This document shows, in pieces, positions 25,301 to 37,665 of a DNA stretch of 64,000 nucleotides. The stretch comes from Antechinus flavipes. Its lineage: Eukaryota. Each line of letters opens with the position of its first letter. Position 1 is the first letter of the stretch. The notes below the pieces were generated by a model. The model made no database searches, was not told the origin of the DNA, and saw only the letters and a program-made list of their open reading frames with translations. The DNA lies in NCBI RefSeq assembly GCF_016432865.1, contig NC_067401.1:416640001-416704000 (forward strand), given 5' to 3'. The position numbers and the translations under genes were made by a program.

Positions 25301-25533
25301 GGCATATGACTAAGCTAGTCCCTAGGAATTGAATTGAACTCCCCTGGGCAAAGGCAGGAGCCCATTTTACCTATCTTCATTACCTGAGGATGAAGAGTGG
25401 GTGCCCTATCTGGCAGGCTTCTTCATTATCTCTCTCCTTGGCAAGGAATGGCACAAATTTTCCCTCTCTTTGGTCTCATCCAGAAACTGAAATGAGCATC
25501 AATGGTAGAGACAGTTTTATCTCTTTCTGAGTT

Positions 25534-25788
25534 TGAGTCATTCAATAGACAGTTTGTTCAAACAACAGACTGTCTTGCCTTGATATATTGGAAGGAAGGT
25601 GGGACAATCACATCCCCCTTGCCTAATTCTTTCTGTCCCTCAGCTATCCATATACACAGGTTAGGTCCTCTCTTGACATCTCATGAAGTCTCTCTCCTGA
25701 CCCTGTCTGTATATAAATCAAACTGCAGGATAGCTCAGAAATATGACGAATTTGTTGGCCAGCTTCTGCTTGGAAAAGGGGGGCGGGG
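25534..25788. promoter_or_regulatory. Promoter/enhancer-like motif cluster: AP-1, TATA, GC box
   Basis: TGAGTCA 25534-25540; TATATAAAT 25710-25718; GGGGCGGGG 25780-25788, all in non-repeat DNA. Confidence 0.35.
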
Positions 25789-26394
25789 AAGAGAGGAAAG
25801 GGATTCTAAACTAACCAGTACTTGGCTGGAAAAGCATCCAGAATTTAGTGTTCTTGGAAGCTAGCCCCAACTGCTCAGACAGGGATCTGCCAGGGGAGTC
25901 TCCAGGGGAGGAATGGGGGTTGGGAATGGGGGGTAGAAGATTGCTGACTCTCCAAAGCCCCAAAGCAATAGAAAGCAAGGTATCTGTTGAGCACATTATG
26001 CAGAATTTTTTGGACACTTCTTACCCGGAGCTGAGAATTCAGGGGGTTGGTAGAAACTAAACTCCAGCTGGTGTATTCAAATAGGCTTAATTTCATACCT
26101 GGGTGAATTTTGCAGGTTTGAACTTTGTAGCTAATTGCTTTCTGTACCCCAGATAGAGAATTAGGGTGTTTGCCAACTCTCCTTGAGGTTAAAAAATTAC
26201 AGCTCTAACTCTCAGGCACTGGGAGTTAGACTCTGTACAGGAGATCTACCATTTTTAAAATTTCTTCTCTTGTTTAATGTTCAGCTTGTTAGGGGTCTCT
26301 TTGAAGACTTGAGTTTTCATAGAATCATACAAATGCAGACTTGGAAGGGACCTCAGGGGGTCAGTGTGAATGCCATAGAAAACCTCAGGGAACC

Positions 26395-27000
26395 AACAAA
26401 CATCCATGGTGTGAGGGGCATCGAAGATACAAAGAAAAAGTGAAAGCCAGATCTAAAGGAGATTGAGCTCTAGTGGGAGAGATAATATGTAGACAACATA
26501 TACAAAACTGATACAAAGTAACTTGGAGGTAAAAGTACTAGCAGATGGAATTGGGGAGGGGGGGATGTTGAGAGGGGAGAATAAGGAAGTGGCCATTTAA
26601 TCTCTGCTTGAAAATCTCCAGGTACAGGGAACTCAGTATCTCCAGAGGGAATCTTGGCCTCCTGGCTGTTACACAAATAAGACACTTCATCTTCTCTCTG
26701 GCTGTCCTCCATGCCTAGAATTTCTGCGCTTCCTCCTCCACTCATTACTGACTTCTCAGGCTTCCTTTCAGTTCCAATTGAAATCCCACCTTCTACAGGG
26801 AACCTTCCCCCAACCCCTCTTAATTCTAGAGGTTTTCTTCTGTTATTTCCTATTTATATCTTGTTTTGCATTTATTTATTTGCTTGTTCTCTCCCCCACT
26901 AGACTGTGAGCTCTCTTTGCCTCATTTTATATCCTCAGTGCCTGACACAGTGCCTGGCAGTTTGTAGGTACTTAATAAATGTTTATTGATCGATTGAATC
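26395..27000. mobile_element. Two L2 remnants in opposite orientation
   Basis: Antisense L2 ~26395-26560; sense L2 3' end ~26690-27000 ending ggtacttaataaatgtttattgatcgattga. Confidence 0.75.
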
Positions 27001-27484
27001 CATTCCATTTTGGGATAGCTATAAGTGAACTGAGATATGAAAGTCCAGCAATAATCCCTTTTGTGGTTTCTGGCAAAGGTGGATTTTTGGATAATATCTT
27101 CTTAAATTAATGTTCTGAGCCCCCATTCCCTGTGAATTGCTTTCCCATGACCAGCCAGTAATTCATCACATGATATCACATGGTAGTGGTGGAAAAGGAT
27201 AATTTACTTAAAATAGAAATTCAGACTAAAACCAGAAAAATAAATTAACAGAAAACATTTCAAAGTCAACCTTAAAAGTCTTTCTCTCATACTCTATGTT
27301 CCAAGTTTGGTCTCTGTTTCTTTCCAAAACCCTTGGTTTTTTTATTTTTTTTGCATAAGGGCAGAGGGACATAGGTAGTTTATAGACAGTTTCATCTCTT
27401 CCTAATTTTCCCCTTCTACCTTCCATCACAGAAAGAAGAGAACTTGCTTAATCATTCATAGGAGGTACTGGGCCCAATAGCTTT

Positions 27485-27708
27485 GGGCAACTAGATGGCA
27501 CAGTGGATAGCCAGGAAGACTCATCTTCATGAATTCAAATTTGGCCTCAGAAACTTACTAATTATATGACCCTGGGTGAGTCCCTTAACCCTGTTTGCCT
27601 CATCTATAAAATGAGCTGAAGAAGAAAATGGTCAAGTGCTCCAGTATTTTTATAAAAACCCCAAATGAGGTCACTAAGAGTCAGATACAGCTGAGGAATA
27701 ATTCAACA
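27485..27708 (+). mobile_element. Mar1-like CORE-SINE
   Basis: gggcaactagatggcacagtggatag...aaaatgagctgaagaagaaaatgg...aaccccaaatgaggtcactaagagtcagatac. Confidence 0.9.
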
Positions 27709-27954
27709 GAAAAAGGCAATACTTCTCCTATTAATAAATAAAAACATTTATTAATTGTATGGTCAGATTTCTTAGGACTGTAACTAGAAAGCACAGTGCA
27801 AATTAGAAGCTGGAGCAAGTCGCAGGGTCTTAGGCTTCTTGCTCAGGAGCCAAAGAAATAATTGAACCACACATCTTCACTTACCTTAGTTTCAGTGTAA
27901 TTGAATTATAAAGGTGATCCCAATCATATCACCATGTCATTCTGACTTCTCCCG

Positions 27955-28305
27955 GTATTCTTATTTTTACTGAAGTTTTTTGTTTTGACATTACATTTAT
28001 TTCTATCTTATGCTTCCCATTTCTCTAGCACCGAGTCATGCCTTATAACAAAGATTTAAATGGAAGAGAGAAAAACAAGCATTTGATCTAATGCAAAATA
28101 TTGACTGTCCCACAACTATAATATTCCACACCAAGGATTCCTATCTCTTCCATGAGGAGGAAAAAGGTTCCTTTTCCCTGGGGCGTAGTTTAGTCATTAC
28201 AATTGCCCAATGAGTGGAGTGACGCTGTTGTTGATGTTTCCATTTACATTGTAGTGCTGGTGATTATTGTTTTCTTGGTTCTGCTAACTTCTCTCTGCCT
28301 CAGAG
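27955..28305 (-). mobile_element. Old L1 3' UTR
   Basis: ccttataacaaag...tttccatttacattgtag...ttttcttggttctgctaacttctctctgcctcag. Confidence 0.6.
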
Positions 28306-28704
28306 AACTAATGAGAACGGTGTGTGACAGAGACAGTGGGCAGTGATACAATTTCATCTAAGGGAAGCCAGATCTCTGAGGGATTGGGTAGAAAAAATAT
28401 GAAAGGAAGACATCTAGAATGAAGGACAGATTATGGAACAAGAATTCCAGTGGGCACACAGGGAAAGGGGTATAAAGAGCTAGAATAGGAGAATGATTGA
28501 GGAAGTATAGGATGAGAGAATAGAAAGGAGTAGGAAGTATGGTAGTTTAGCCCTATGCATTCATTAATTAAAAAACACATGGATAGACAGATATATTTTG
28601 CTAGGCATAGGAGCATCTGTGAATGGTAGACAAATAGAAATGCTCTCAGTCTCTACAGTGCCATCTTGGGTAAAAATCAATTTATAATTCTAATAGTAAA
28701 TAGT

Positions 28705-28850
28705 AACTAAACATTTATTAACACCTACTATATGCTAGGCATTGTGCTAAGTGCTGTGATTACAAATTACGCCCCCCCCCAAAAAAAAAGTCCCTGCTCT
28801 CAAGGAATTTGCAATCTAATAGGGGAAAGAAACAAAAGGAAGCTAAAGAG
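28705..28850 (-). mobile_element. L2 3' end
   Basis: aaacatttattaacacctactatatgctaggcattgtgctaagtgctg...gtccctgctctcaagga. Confidence 0.8.
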
Positions 28851-29029
28851 GAATGAGTAAGGAAAGTACTCTCATTGTAGGAGCATGATAATCAGAGAAG
28901 TTCCAAAGTAGTTCATCCAGATGGGAAATGAAGAGATATCTGTGTTGAAGCCCCTCTTTAAATAGAAACTTTGGAATTCATGGCTCTGAATACCAAGACT
29001 GGTTGGAGCTTATTGGATAATGAGGTTTT

Positions 29030-29900
29030 ACCAATGTAGAACTTTCTGGGAATATAGTTGAGAAGTCAGAATCCACAGTTCCACCACCAATGTCTCCTTC
29101 AGTATTTGGTCATTTTGCCAATTTGCCAGTATGCCAATTACATGAAATTGAAAAACAACTTTATGAATAAAGTCAATGCAACTAGAAAAAAAAAAGAACC
29201 TGCCAATTGAGGGAAATTAATTTTCTCTCAAAAACGGCAGAATTGTTTTAATCTTTTATCTTATTATTAGTGATTTAGAGAAGGGTTTCTTAAACTTTGT
29301 CTTTAATAAATGGTAAAATTATACACACACACATATATTTATATATACACCAAAGAATTGTTTGAAAATAAATTTCTTTATGATTTATAATCAGTAAATG
29401 TTTGATTTGTATACCTATTTTATATACCTATATACTTGGGCTCATATCAAAATTTCTTGGCCAAAAAGGGGTTGAAAGCGGAAAAATTTTTTAAAAGCCC
29501 TAATTTAGAGCAATTTTTCATATGGTTGTTTCTAATTCTTCTTTTGAGAACTATTTATTGAGAACTGTTTGTCCTTTTTTTTTTTTTTTTTTACCATTTA
29601 TCCACTAGAAAATGACTTGTGGGCTCATATAATTCTGTTAATTTCCTATGTATCTTAAGTATCAGGCTCTTGCCAAAGATCTTTGATGAAAATTTTCCTC
29701 CAGTTGGCAGTTTCTTTCTTATCCTTCTTGTATTGATTTAACTCTAAATAATTGAAATGATCTGTTTTGTCTTTTTTTATTTCCTCCAACTCTTGTTTAA
29801 GAATTCTATTCCAGCCATAGTTCTGAATGTTACATGGCTTTGTTCTTTTTTTTTTTTTTTTTTTCTTATGGAATGACATTTTACATTCAAGTCTTGCTTC
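29030..29900 (-). mobile_element. Old L1 ORF2 3' part, interrupted by a MITE
   Basis: ORF 29655-30074 KTDHFNYLEL...ANWRKIF; the minus-strand motif aaaattgctctaaatcactaataa (KCSKSLI) is split exactly at the MITE TSD. Confidence 0.8.
29281..29502. mobile_element. hAT MITE with perfect 8-bp TSD
   Basis: Ends aagggtttcttaaacttt / aatttttttaaaagcccta; TSD atttagag at 29273-29280 and 29503-29510. Confidence 0.9.
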
Positions 29901-30079
29901 TGTTACTATGAATTTGAAGGAAGTGGACATCAGGGATTTATATTTCCCATAAGCCTGCACAATAGGACTGTAACAATTATTCCAAGCCTTGGTAGTCTCT
30001 GAAGATTGGAGAGAAGCTCTTTGGTTTTGAAAGGGGCACTGAGAAATAGAAATGAAGGAGGGATAACACTGCATATTAT

Positions 30080-30300
30080 ATTATAAAACATCAACCACCA
30101 AAACTATGCAGCATCGATTTTTTAAAATAGAAAGGAAGATCCATGGAAGAGAAATAAAAACAATCAAACTCATTTACCCAGTATTTGCTAAACCTGAGGA
30201 TGTAAGCTACAAAGGGAAGAACTCTCTTTTTGATAAGACTTGCTGAATAACTGGAAAGCAATTTGGTAGAAATTAAATTTATACCAAAAACCTGCAAAAC
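30080..30300 (+). mobile_element. L1 ORF2 fragment, inverted relative to 29030-29900
   Basis: aagaactctctttttgataagacttgctgaataactggaaagcaatttggtagaaa (KNSLFDKxCxxNWKAIW). Confidence 0.75.
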
Positions 30301-30610
30301 AAGAATTCAAACTTAGGACTTTCTCTCTTGATTGAGCTGAGTTACCTCTTCCTCTAATGAGAGAATTCTTTCATTCTGTGTTACCTGTTCTGTTTTCTTC
30401 TATGTATAGCCCCTTCGATTTCTGCTTTGCTATGATTTGGATAAGTGAGTCTCTTTGCTATTTGCTTTGAGTTTTCACTGTGGAACCTGTATTTGGTGGG
30501 AAAGGGATAAAGCCTTGGATACAAAGCTCAGAGTCCTCCTTTCCTTCAGTAATGACAGCAATAGAAGTTAAATCAAACCTAATCATCATCACATTATTAT
30601 TAATTATTAT

Positions 30611-30750
30611 TTTTGCTGAGGCAATTGGGGCTAAGTGACTTGCCCAGGATCACACAGGTAGGAAGTGCTAAGTGTCTGATATCAGATTTGAACTCAGGTC
30701 CTCCTGACTTCAGGACTGGTACTCTATCCACTGCACCTTCTAGCTGCCCC
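30611..30750 (-). mobile_element. WSINE1-like SINE, full length
   Basis: ttttgctgaggcaattggggctaagtgacttgcccagg...ctagctgcccc. Confidence 0.93.
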
Positions 30751-31064
30751 CTCATCATTATTTAAAGAAGCAGATAGATAAGATTCTAGCCTGGTACCCC
30801 ATATTTCAGAGGAGAGCAGGGTGATGGCTTTTGGGCTCAAGTTCCTGTTTCCTTCTCAGCAGGAATTAAAGTCTTTTTTTGGAAAAGGATAGGGGAAGAA
30901 GAGTCCAAATGTCTATTTTGAGCCATATAATGATAATCCTTCCTATTTGTGAACATGTGGGCCTTGCCACACATGAGACCTTCTTCTTTGTTACATAGCT
31001 ATCCATCTCTCTCTTTCTCTTTCTCTCTCTCTTCCATCCATCAATCTATCATCTACCCAACGAT

Positions 31065-31360
31065 NNNNNNNNNNNNNNNNNNNNNNNNNNNNNNNNNNNN
31101 NNNNNNNNNNNNNNNNNNNNNNNNNNNNNNNNNNNNNNNNNNNNNNNNNNNNNNNNNNNNNNNNNNNNNNNNNNNNNNNNNNNNNNNNNNNNNNNNNNNN
31201 NNNNNNNNNNNNNNNNNNNNNNNNNNNNNNNNNNNNNNNNNNNNNNNNNNNNNNNNNNNNNNNNNNNNNNNNNNNNNNNNNNNNNNNNNNNNNNNNNNNN
31301 NNNNNNNNNNNNNNNNNNNNNNNNNNNNNNNNNNNNNNNNNNNNNNNNNNNNNNNNNNNT
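31065..31360. other. Assembly gap (N run) flanked by (CATC/TATC)-type repeats
   Basis: N characters. Confidence 0.99.
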
Positions 31361-31715
31361 TACCCATCAATCATCTTCCTCAACCAATGCAGCTGGCAAT
31401 CCTTTCATGACTTAACAATTCATGAGTTGCTATGGTCAAAAAGTACCACTTAGTGACTAGCTATTTAGAGATGCTTCTTTCTCCATTTGGCAAGGCTGAT
31501 CCTCAGCCTTTGGTAGGTCCAGCTGAGCTTGTTCTCCATACCATAACCTTTGGGGACTCTGGATCAGTTCTTTACAATGATTGGAATATGGCATTCGTGG
31601 GAAAGTCATAATAATTATAGGTCCTTTTATAAGTTACATTATGCTCCACAAAAAAAGATTTCTTTTACAACAACTCAAATAGTCATTACGAGTTCTATAT
31701 ATTCTTCTCATTTTA

Positions 31716-31910
31716 TAGATTATAGGAACATTGATTTAAAACTGGAAAGGATCTTGGAGACCATTGGATTTGATCCTCTCAGTTTGTAGATCAAGAAACT
31801 GAAACCCAGGGAAGACAAGTGATTTGCCCAAGACCATATAGGTAATGAGGATCAGATGATTTGATTCCAGGTCTTTTGAGTCCGGAGCCAGGGCCCTTTT
31901 CCTTGTGCCA
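31716..31910 (-). mobile_element. MIR3-like SINE
   Basis: ctggaaaggatcttggagacc...tgtagatcaagaaactgaaacccaggg...tttgcccaagacca. Confidence 0.7.
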
Positions 31911-32684
31911 CAAAAAGGAGTTAGCCCATGGATTATCCAGGCATTGGGTATTCATGAATCACATGCCAAGACAGTATTCTCTCCCTCCCCCTTGCCACAC
32001 CAATCCCCCCATATGGTCTGGTAGAGCAATTAGTTCTTCATGGCGGGAACAGCTCACCAAAACCAACCTCCTTCCAGGGATTGCCTGTCACCAGAGCCAC
32101 GCTAATACAAACACATTTTTCATTAGAAGAAACTAAAACTCACAAGTGACATCAACAGAAAAATGTTTCTGTGAGCCAGTTATTTCTATTGAAAGTTAAG
32201 TGCATGACAGCTGGTGACTTTTAATGGAAGGAAAGTTTGCTGGGCTGAATTCCTACCAAACCACTGGAGAATTTGTGTTTTTAATTTTGATTTTTGGAGA
32301 AACACAGCACTTCAGGGTCCAACCAAGCAGGCCAGGAATGGAAAGACCTGGTCTTGCTTTTCTCTAATTGTGGCCTTAAAAGACCCTGTGGATAGTCGTT
32401 TGGTAAAATCATGTTACAATTTATAAAAGTGTTAATTTCCTTTATTTAACATTCACTTTCAACTGATTGTTTAAGAAAGAATCCAACTTTTCCCACCATT
32501 CATTCTGGGTCCCAAACTAAAACAGCTGGATTTCTTTAAGAATACCTCATTCCTCATTCTGTTCGGTGGGAAAAAAAATCCTAGCATCACCCCCACATCC
32601 ATTAATATTAACGGAGAGGGGAACAAACAGGATCTCAAAGGGCCCCAAGATTATGCAATTTGTGAGTCTTTTGAAGTGGTGAGA

Positions 32685-32892
32685 TATTTCACCTAGAGAA
32701 AAGAAGACTCAGGGCGGATTTAATAGCTACCTTCAGGGATTTAAAGAGCTATTATTTAGGGCTTAGATTTGTTCTGCTTAGCCCCAGAGGACAGAAGCAG
32801 GGTCAGTAGGTAAAAGTTGAAGGAAGGCAGAATTAGGTGTAATGTACTTTCTACTGGTGTAAGCTGCCAGAAAGGGAACAGACTGCCTCAGG
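32685..32892 (+). mobile_element. L3/CR1 remnant
   Basis: ttcacctagagaaaagaagactcaggg (FSLEKRRL)...ccccagaggacagaagcagggtc. Confidence 0.75.
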
Positions 32893-32894
32893 AA

Positions 32895-33050
32895 TCAATT
32901 AAGCAACAAACACTTATTAAATGACTACTTCGTGCCAGGTACTATACTAATCCCTTGGGATATAAAGTAAAAGTGAAATAATTTTCATCCTCGAGGAGTT
33001 TACATACAAATGGAGGCAATATAAGTATATACAGGCAGAACAGAGTATAT
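32895..33050 (-). mobile_element. L2 3' end
   Basis: caacaaacacttattaaatgactacttcgtgccaggtact...catcctcgaggagtttacat. Confidence 0.75.
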
Positions 33051-33944
33051 ACAGAATATGGGTCACAGATTCTCCCTGCCCCCAGAGTTTGTGAAGATAT
33101 TCTCTGCCTGGAAAAAGGCTGTATGATTTATTGATGGATTAAGTCCCTTCAATTTGTGCTGAGCTGGAAAAGCAGATTAATGAAGTTTAACATACCTAGT
33201 AGAAGGCATGACTTTCAGCTTGGAGAGGAGAGTTCTTGGATGTGTCTTTCAGGAAGAGAAGATTTGAAAGGTGGAGGAAGGGGCCTTTCCCCTGACACTA
33301 GCATAATAGTGGGCCAGGCCTTACTTCTCATGTAGAATATGGGCTCCACTAGTCAGACAAGCACCAAAGGTCCCTGGCTTCTTTGCTTTTTCTTCTCTGT
33401 TTCCTTTCTTTTGGCATGGAACATGCTAAACATCAAAAGGTCTTGGAAAGCCTGTGAGTGTTGGCCAAAAAGGGCAGCAATTACTGAAAAAAAGTGGTGT
33501 TTATAGAAGCAAAATTCAGATCAGACTTGTGACAAAGAAAAACATCAGAGAGGGCCTCCAGAAAAGAAAGTTTGTTTTAACCAGGTGATAATAGTGCAAG
33601 GTGAAATGTAAACCAGTCAATCAGCAGCATTGGAAATGTATTCCCCAAAGATTTAAGCAGTAACCTTCCAACTGATTTATTATTAGTAGCATCACTGTCC
33701 TGACCATTTGACTTTTCTTTATTGCCTAGCATTTCATCTTAAGTTGGATAATAAATCACCTGTTCCTTAATTGACTTATTTTGCACATTAAGTACTTTAA
33801 AAAAAAAAAAAGCACAAAAAACTTTCTCTATTTATTGAGGAAAAACATAAATTTTGAGCCCCTAACCAATTTTTATGCTTAGCAACTCTCTAAGAAGAAG
33901 CTTTTCTCTGGAATCCAAGGGTGGATTAGGATGGGGTGGAATGA

Positions 33945-33947
<3 letters not shown>

Positions 33948-33989
<42 letters not shown>
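33948..33989. repeat. (TG)n microsatellite, ~21 units
   Basis: Perfect run. Confidence 0.98.
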
Positions 33990-33992
<3 letters not shown>

Positions 33993-35337
33993 GGAGAGGA
34001 AAATTCCTAATTCCTCTAGTGAGAATTTAAAATAACTCCAGAGCATATTATACAACTTCACGGCTGGCTTCAGAAGAACCCAGGAAGTGGCTCAGGGTGA
34101 GCCTTCAATCTTCTGTGACTCTCAGGTGCTATATTACATGCAAAAAATGATGACAAAATAGTTTTGAATGAGAGGGCTCTAGTGTCTGATGAGATCAAGA
34201 ATGGTTTCATGTAATGGGTTGTAGGTTTTGTGGAGAATGAGTTGAGTTTTGAAGGAATTAGAACTTCCAAGTGATAAGGCTAGATCTAGGACTACAATGA
34301 TATAAATGAAATAGTTCAGGCCCGCAAGAAACTTAATTAGCCCCAGTCAAAAAAAAAATTGGTTGGCTGTTTGTTTGGAGTTGTTGAATAGGGGTTCTTG
34401 AATGGGTTGGGGTTGGAGTTCATTACCTCTGAAGTTGTTTTCAAACTCAAAGATTCAATGATCCTGTTGCCTTCTTCCTTCGAGAGTGAATGGATTTCAA
34501 TCATCCTATACCAGTGTTTATAGCTAGTGTTTTATAGCTCATGAAAGCTATGTAGCACTCTGTTATGGAGGCAGGACTATGCATTGGATAAACAAATTGA
34601 AACTCAGAGGGGTTGAATGATTTGTCTAAAGTTAGTAAATAAGAAGAATTAGGATTTATTGCAAATCTTCTGACTCCAAGCCATTTCCCTTACTTTCTAT
34701 AAGTACTTTCCTTTTTTCCCTTTATTCTTGAATAGAGACTATGATATGAAAATTAAAACAATAAATCTGTTAATAAATTTAAACTTGATTCTACATTTGC
34801 AAACATTCAAATATATGTCCTAAAACCAAACATGAGCAAAATCATTAGAAAAAACCCTAATGAACAGATGAAATGAAACAGATTTTTCTGTTTCTGTAGA
34901 AAAAACAAATGAAATGGAAAAAAAAAACTTATAATAAAACAAAACAATCAAATGGTTGCAAGTAATTGCAATGCAATTTAGATATTTACCAATAGCTAAA
35001 AGAAATGAAGATTAAGTTCACTACTTTGGCAAAGTAGTGCAAATATTGTTCATTGTACTTACCATGAGTTTATTTCCTATTTAACATTGCCTATTGATAT
35101 AGCTAGAGTTGGTGAGTCTGTTTTTTTCTTTGCTTTATTTACTCTGAATCATTTCAGGAAAACCTTTTCATATTTCTTTGTATTCTTCATATTTGTCATT
35201 CTCTTTAGCACAATAACACTATTCATTTATATACACATATCATATATTTAGTTTATATAACATAAGATTTTTCTGATTTAATTGCTATTTTCTGCTTAGA
35301 CATTAAACTGTAGAAAAGAATAAAATAATTAAAATGA

Positions 35338-35568
35338 AGGACAGCATGGTGTACTTTGTCTTTGTCTCAGGTACAGTTTCTGACTTATACTATCTGGCCT
35401 CAGACACTTACTAGCTGTTTGCCCCAGTTTCCTCCTCTCTAAAATAATCTGAAGAAGGAAATGGCAAACCACTTCAGTATCTTTGCCAAGAAAATCCCAA
35501 ATGGGATCACAAAGCATTGTACAAGACCGAAAATGACTCAAAAATAACAACAACAACAACAACAACAT
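35338..35568 (+). mobile_element. Mar1-like CORE-SINE with (AAC)n tail
   Basis: gaagaaggaaatggcaaaccacttcagtatctttgccaagaaaatcccaaatggg...aacaacaacaac. Confidence 0.9.
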
Positions 35569-35949
35569 CACTTAAACTTTAAGTGGTCCGGTAAATTTGC
35601 TAGAATATAAATCGGAGAATAGGTATCATCTGCAATAGTAAAGAAAATTTCTTTTCTGAGAGTTGCCTATGCTAATGAAATCATAAGTATGGTGTAAAAT
35701 TTTTTGTTTTAAAGCTTTAAGAAGAGATTGCAGTTTAAATACTTTAAATATTTCCTTTATCTATTGTATCCTCCCCTGCTATCTACAAATGTCCCAAGTC
35801 TCCTCAATCTTAAAAAAAAAAAAAACAAAAAAAAACAAAAAAAAAACAGAAAACCAAAATGTCACTTGACCCCACTATTCTTTTTCTTCTTCTCTTTCTT
35901 TCTTCTTTAATGTAATCAAAACCTTAGAATAGTTTTCTTGCGGTTCCTG

Positions 35950-36250
35950 AATGACAGAATGTAAGAGCTGGAAGGACCTCTGTAGCTATCAAGTACATGT
36001 GAAAGAAATTCTTACTCTAGCATCCTGACAAGTAGTCATCCATTCCCTTCTTGAAGAATAAAGTGAAGCTCAACACATCTGTTCTAGTTCTGTATTGAGC
36101 TAATTGTGAGAATGGTGTTTTTTTTTTTTTTCATATCTAGTCTAAACTGGCCTTTTTGCAGCTTCCCCTAAATCAGAGCCAATCAGAACAAGACTCATTT
36201 TTCTTCTACAAAATCTTCAAAGATCATATTCTTCTGAATTTTGTATTCTC
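35950..36250 (-). mobile_element. MIR3/L3-type remnant
   Basis: aagagctggaaggacctc; catcctgacaagtagtcatcc; cagaacaagactcatttttcttctaca. Confidence 0.5.
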
Positions 36251-36419
36251 CATTCAATATTCTTAGTTTTTCATTTAACATAAAAGCAAGACCCTTCTAG
36301 TAAGGGTGTGTATTTTTACAAAAACTTTATAAAAGCATGGACAAATTTAACAATTCTACTCTATTGTTGTAAATATACTATGAAAGAGTTAACAAGAGCA
36401 GACAGAATAAGAAGGGGAA

Positions 36420-36545
36420 AAAGAAGGTGGGAATGGGAGATAAAGAGAGATAGACAGTCAGAGACAGAAATAGAGACAGAGACACAGAGAAAGAGAGGTA
36501 GGAGGGGCAGAGAAAGATATTGAAAGAGACACAGAGAGATGTACT
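36420..36545. repeat. Degenerate (GA/AGAC)n tract
   Basis: Purine-rich agagac units. Confidence 0.8.
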
Positions 36546-37384
36546 CAAAGACTTTAAAGCATCATTATATATAAATTGTGAGGGGCTAGGAGTTTGGCTC
36601 ACTTCTGGATCTAGAATTCAGTTTTACCTACTTCAAATAACACTGGAAGCAATTTGAATGTCAAAAAATAGAGGAATCATTAAATGAATTTTGATATAAT
36701 AATGTAATAAAGTAGAATAATGCAACTAAAACCAAAATAAGAAGAAATCTTAGAAGATCTTTAAAAAATAATTCAGATGTGAAATTCAAGGACTCTTGAG
36801 CAAAATCAATGCTACTAGCATAAGAAGAGAAGCAATGGATTGGAGAAAAAAAAATTATACTTACCCCTCCCTTGTGAGGCATATTAAACTTGGACTGCTC
36901 AGCAAGAGATGTTTTGGAACAGAGAGTGGCAAAGCTGTGTATGAATGTCATTGTGACCCAGGTTGTAAGGTCTAATTTCTTTTATCTTGTGGTCTTGGGG
37001 ACTTCACAGAATCAAGTGCCTAGTATGGCATTTGCATTTCTCTGTTTTCCTCTTCAAAGACTTTTTTTTTTAGCACTTTGGCAGTCACTCTATAGGATGA
37101 TACCACTGAGACCAAGAAAGAAGGATTGACCAGTGAATGCAGAACCTAACAGAAAAAAATGAGTGAGATTAGCAATGCTGTTGTTAAAGAAAAAGTTCTG
37201 CTTTTAATAATATCTCTGAGTCAGGGAGAAAGCAAACCCTTTAATTGTCCCATTCCTTTAGTGTTCCTGCTTCAAATTTTCCCTGTGAGCAGAAGAAAAC
37301 AACATAGGAGAGCCATGGTACCTGCAGCAGTACCATGCAATCAATCAGCATATACTTGGAGAGGTTCCTCTCCCCTCTCTCCCA

Positions 37385-37665
37385 NNNNNNNNNNNNNNNN
37401 NNNNNNNNNNNNNNNNNNNNNNNNNNNNNNNNNNNNNNNNNNNNNNNNNNNNNNNNNNNNNNNNNNNNNNNNNNNNNNNNNNNNNNNNNNNNNNNNNNNN
37501 NNNNNNNNNNNNNNNNNNNNNNNNNNNNNNNNNNNNNNNNNNNNNNNNNNNNNNNNNNNNNNNNNNNNNNNNNNNNNNNNNNNNNNNNNNNNNNNNNNNN
37601 NNNNNNNNNNNNNNNNNNNNNNNNNNNNNNNNNNNNNNNNNNNNNNNNNNNNNNNNNNNNNNNNN
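37385..37665. other. Assembly gap (N run)
   Basis: N characters. Confidence 0.99.

Noticed and set aside
25502-25864. 120-aa + strand ORF
   Set aside because: No recognisable domain or splice context; it runs across the promoter-like motif cluster and is most likely chance.
30949-31410. ORFs spanning the second N gap
   Set aside because: Gap artefacts.
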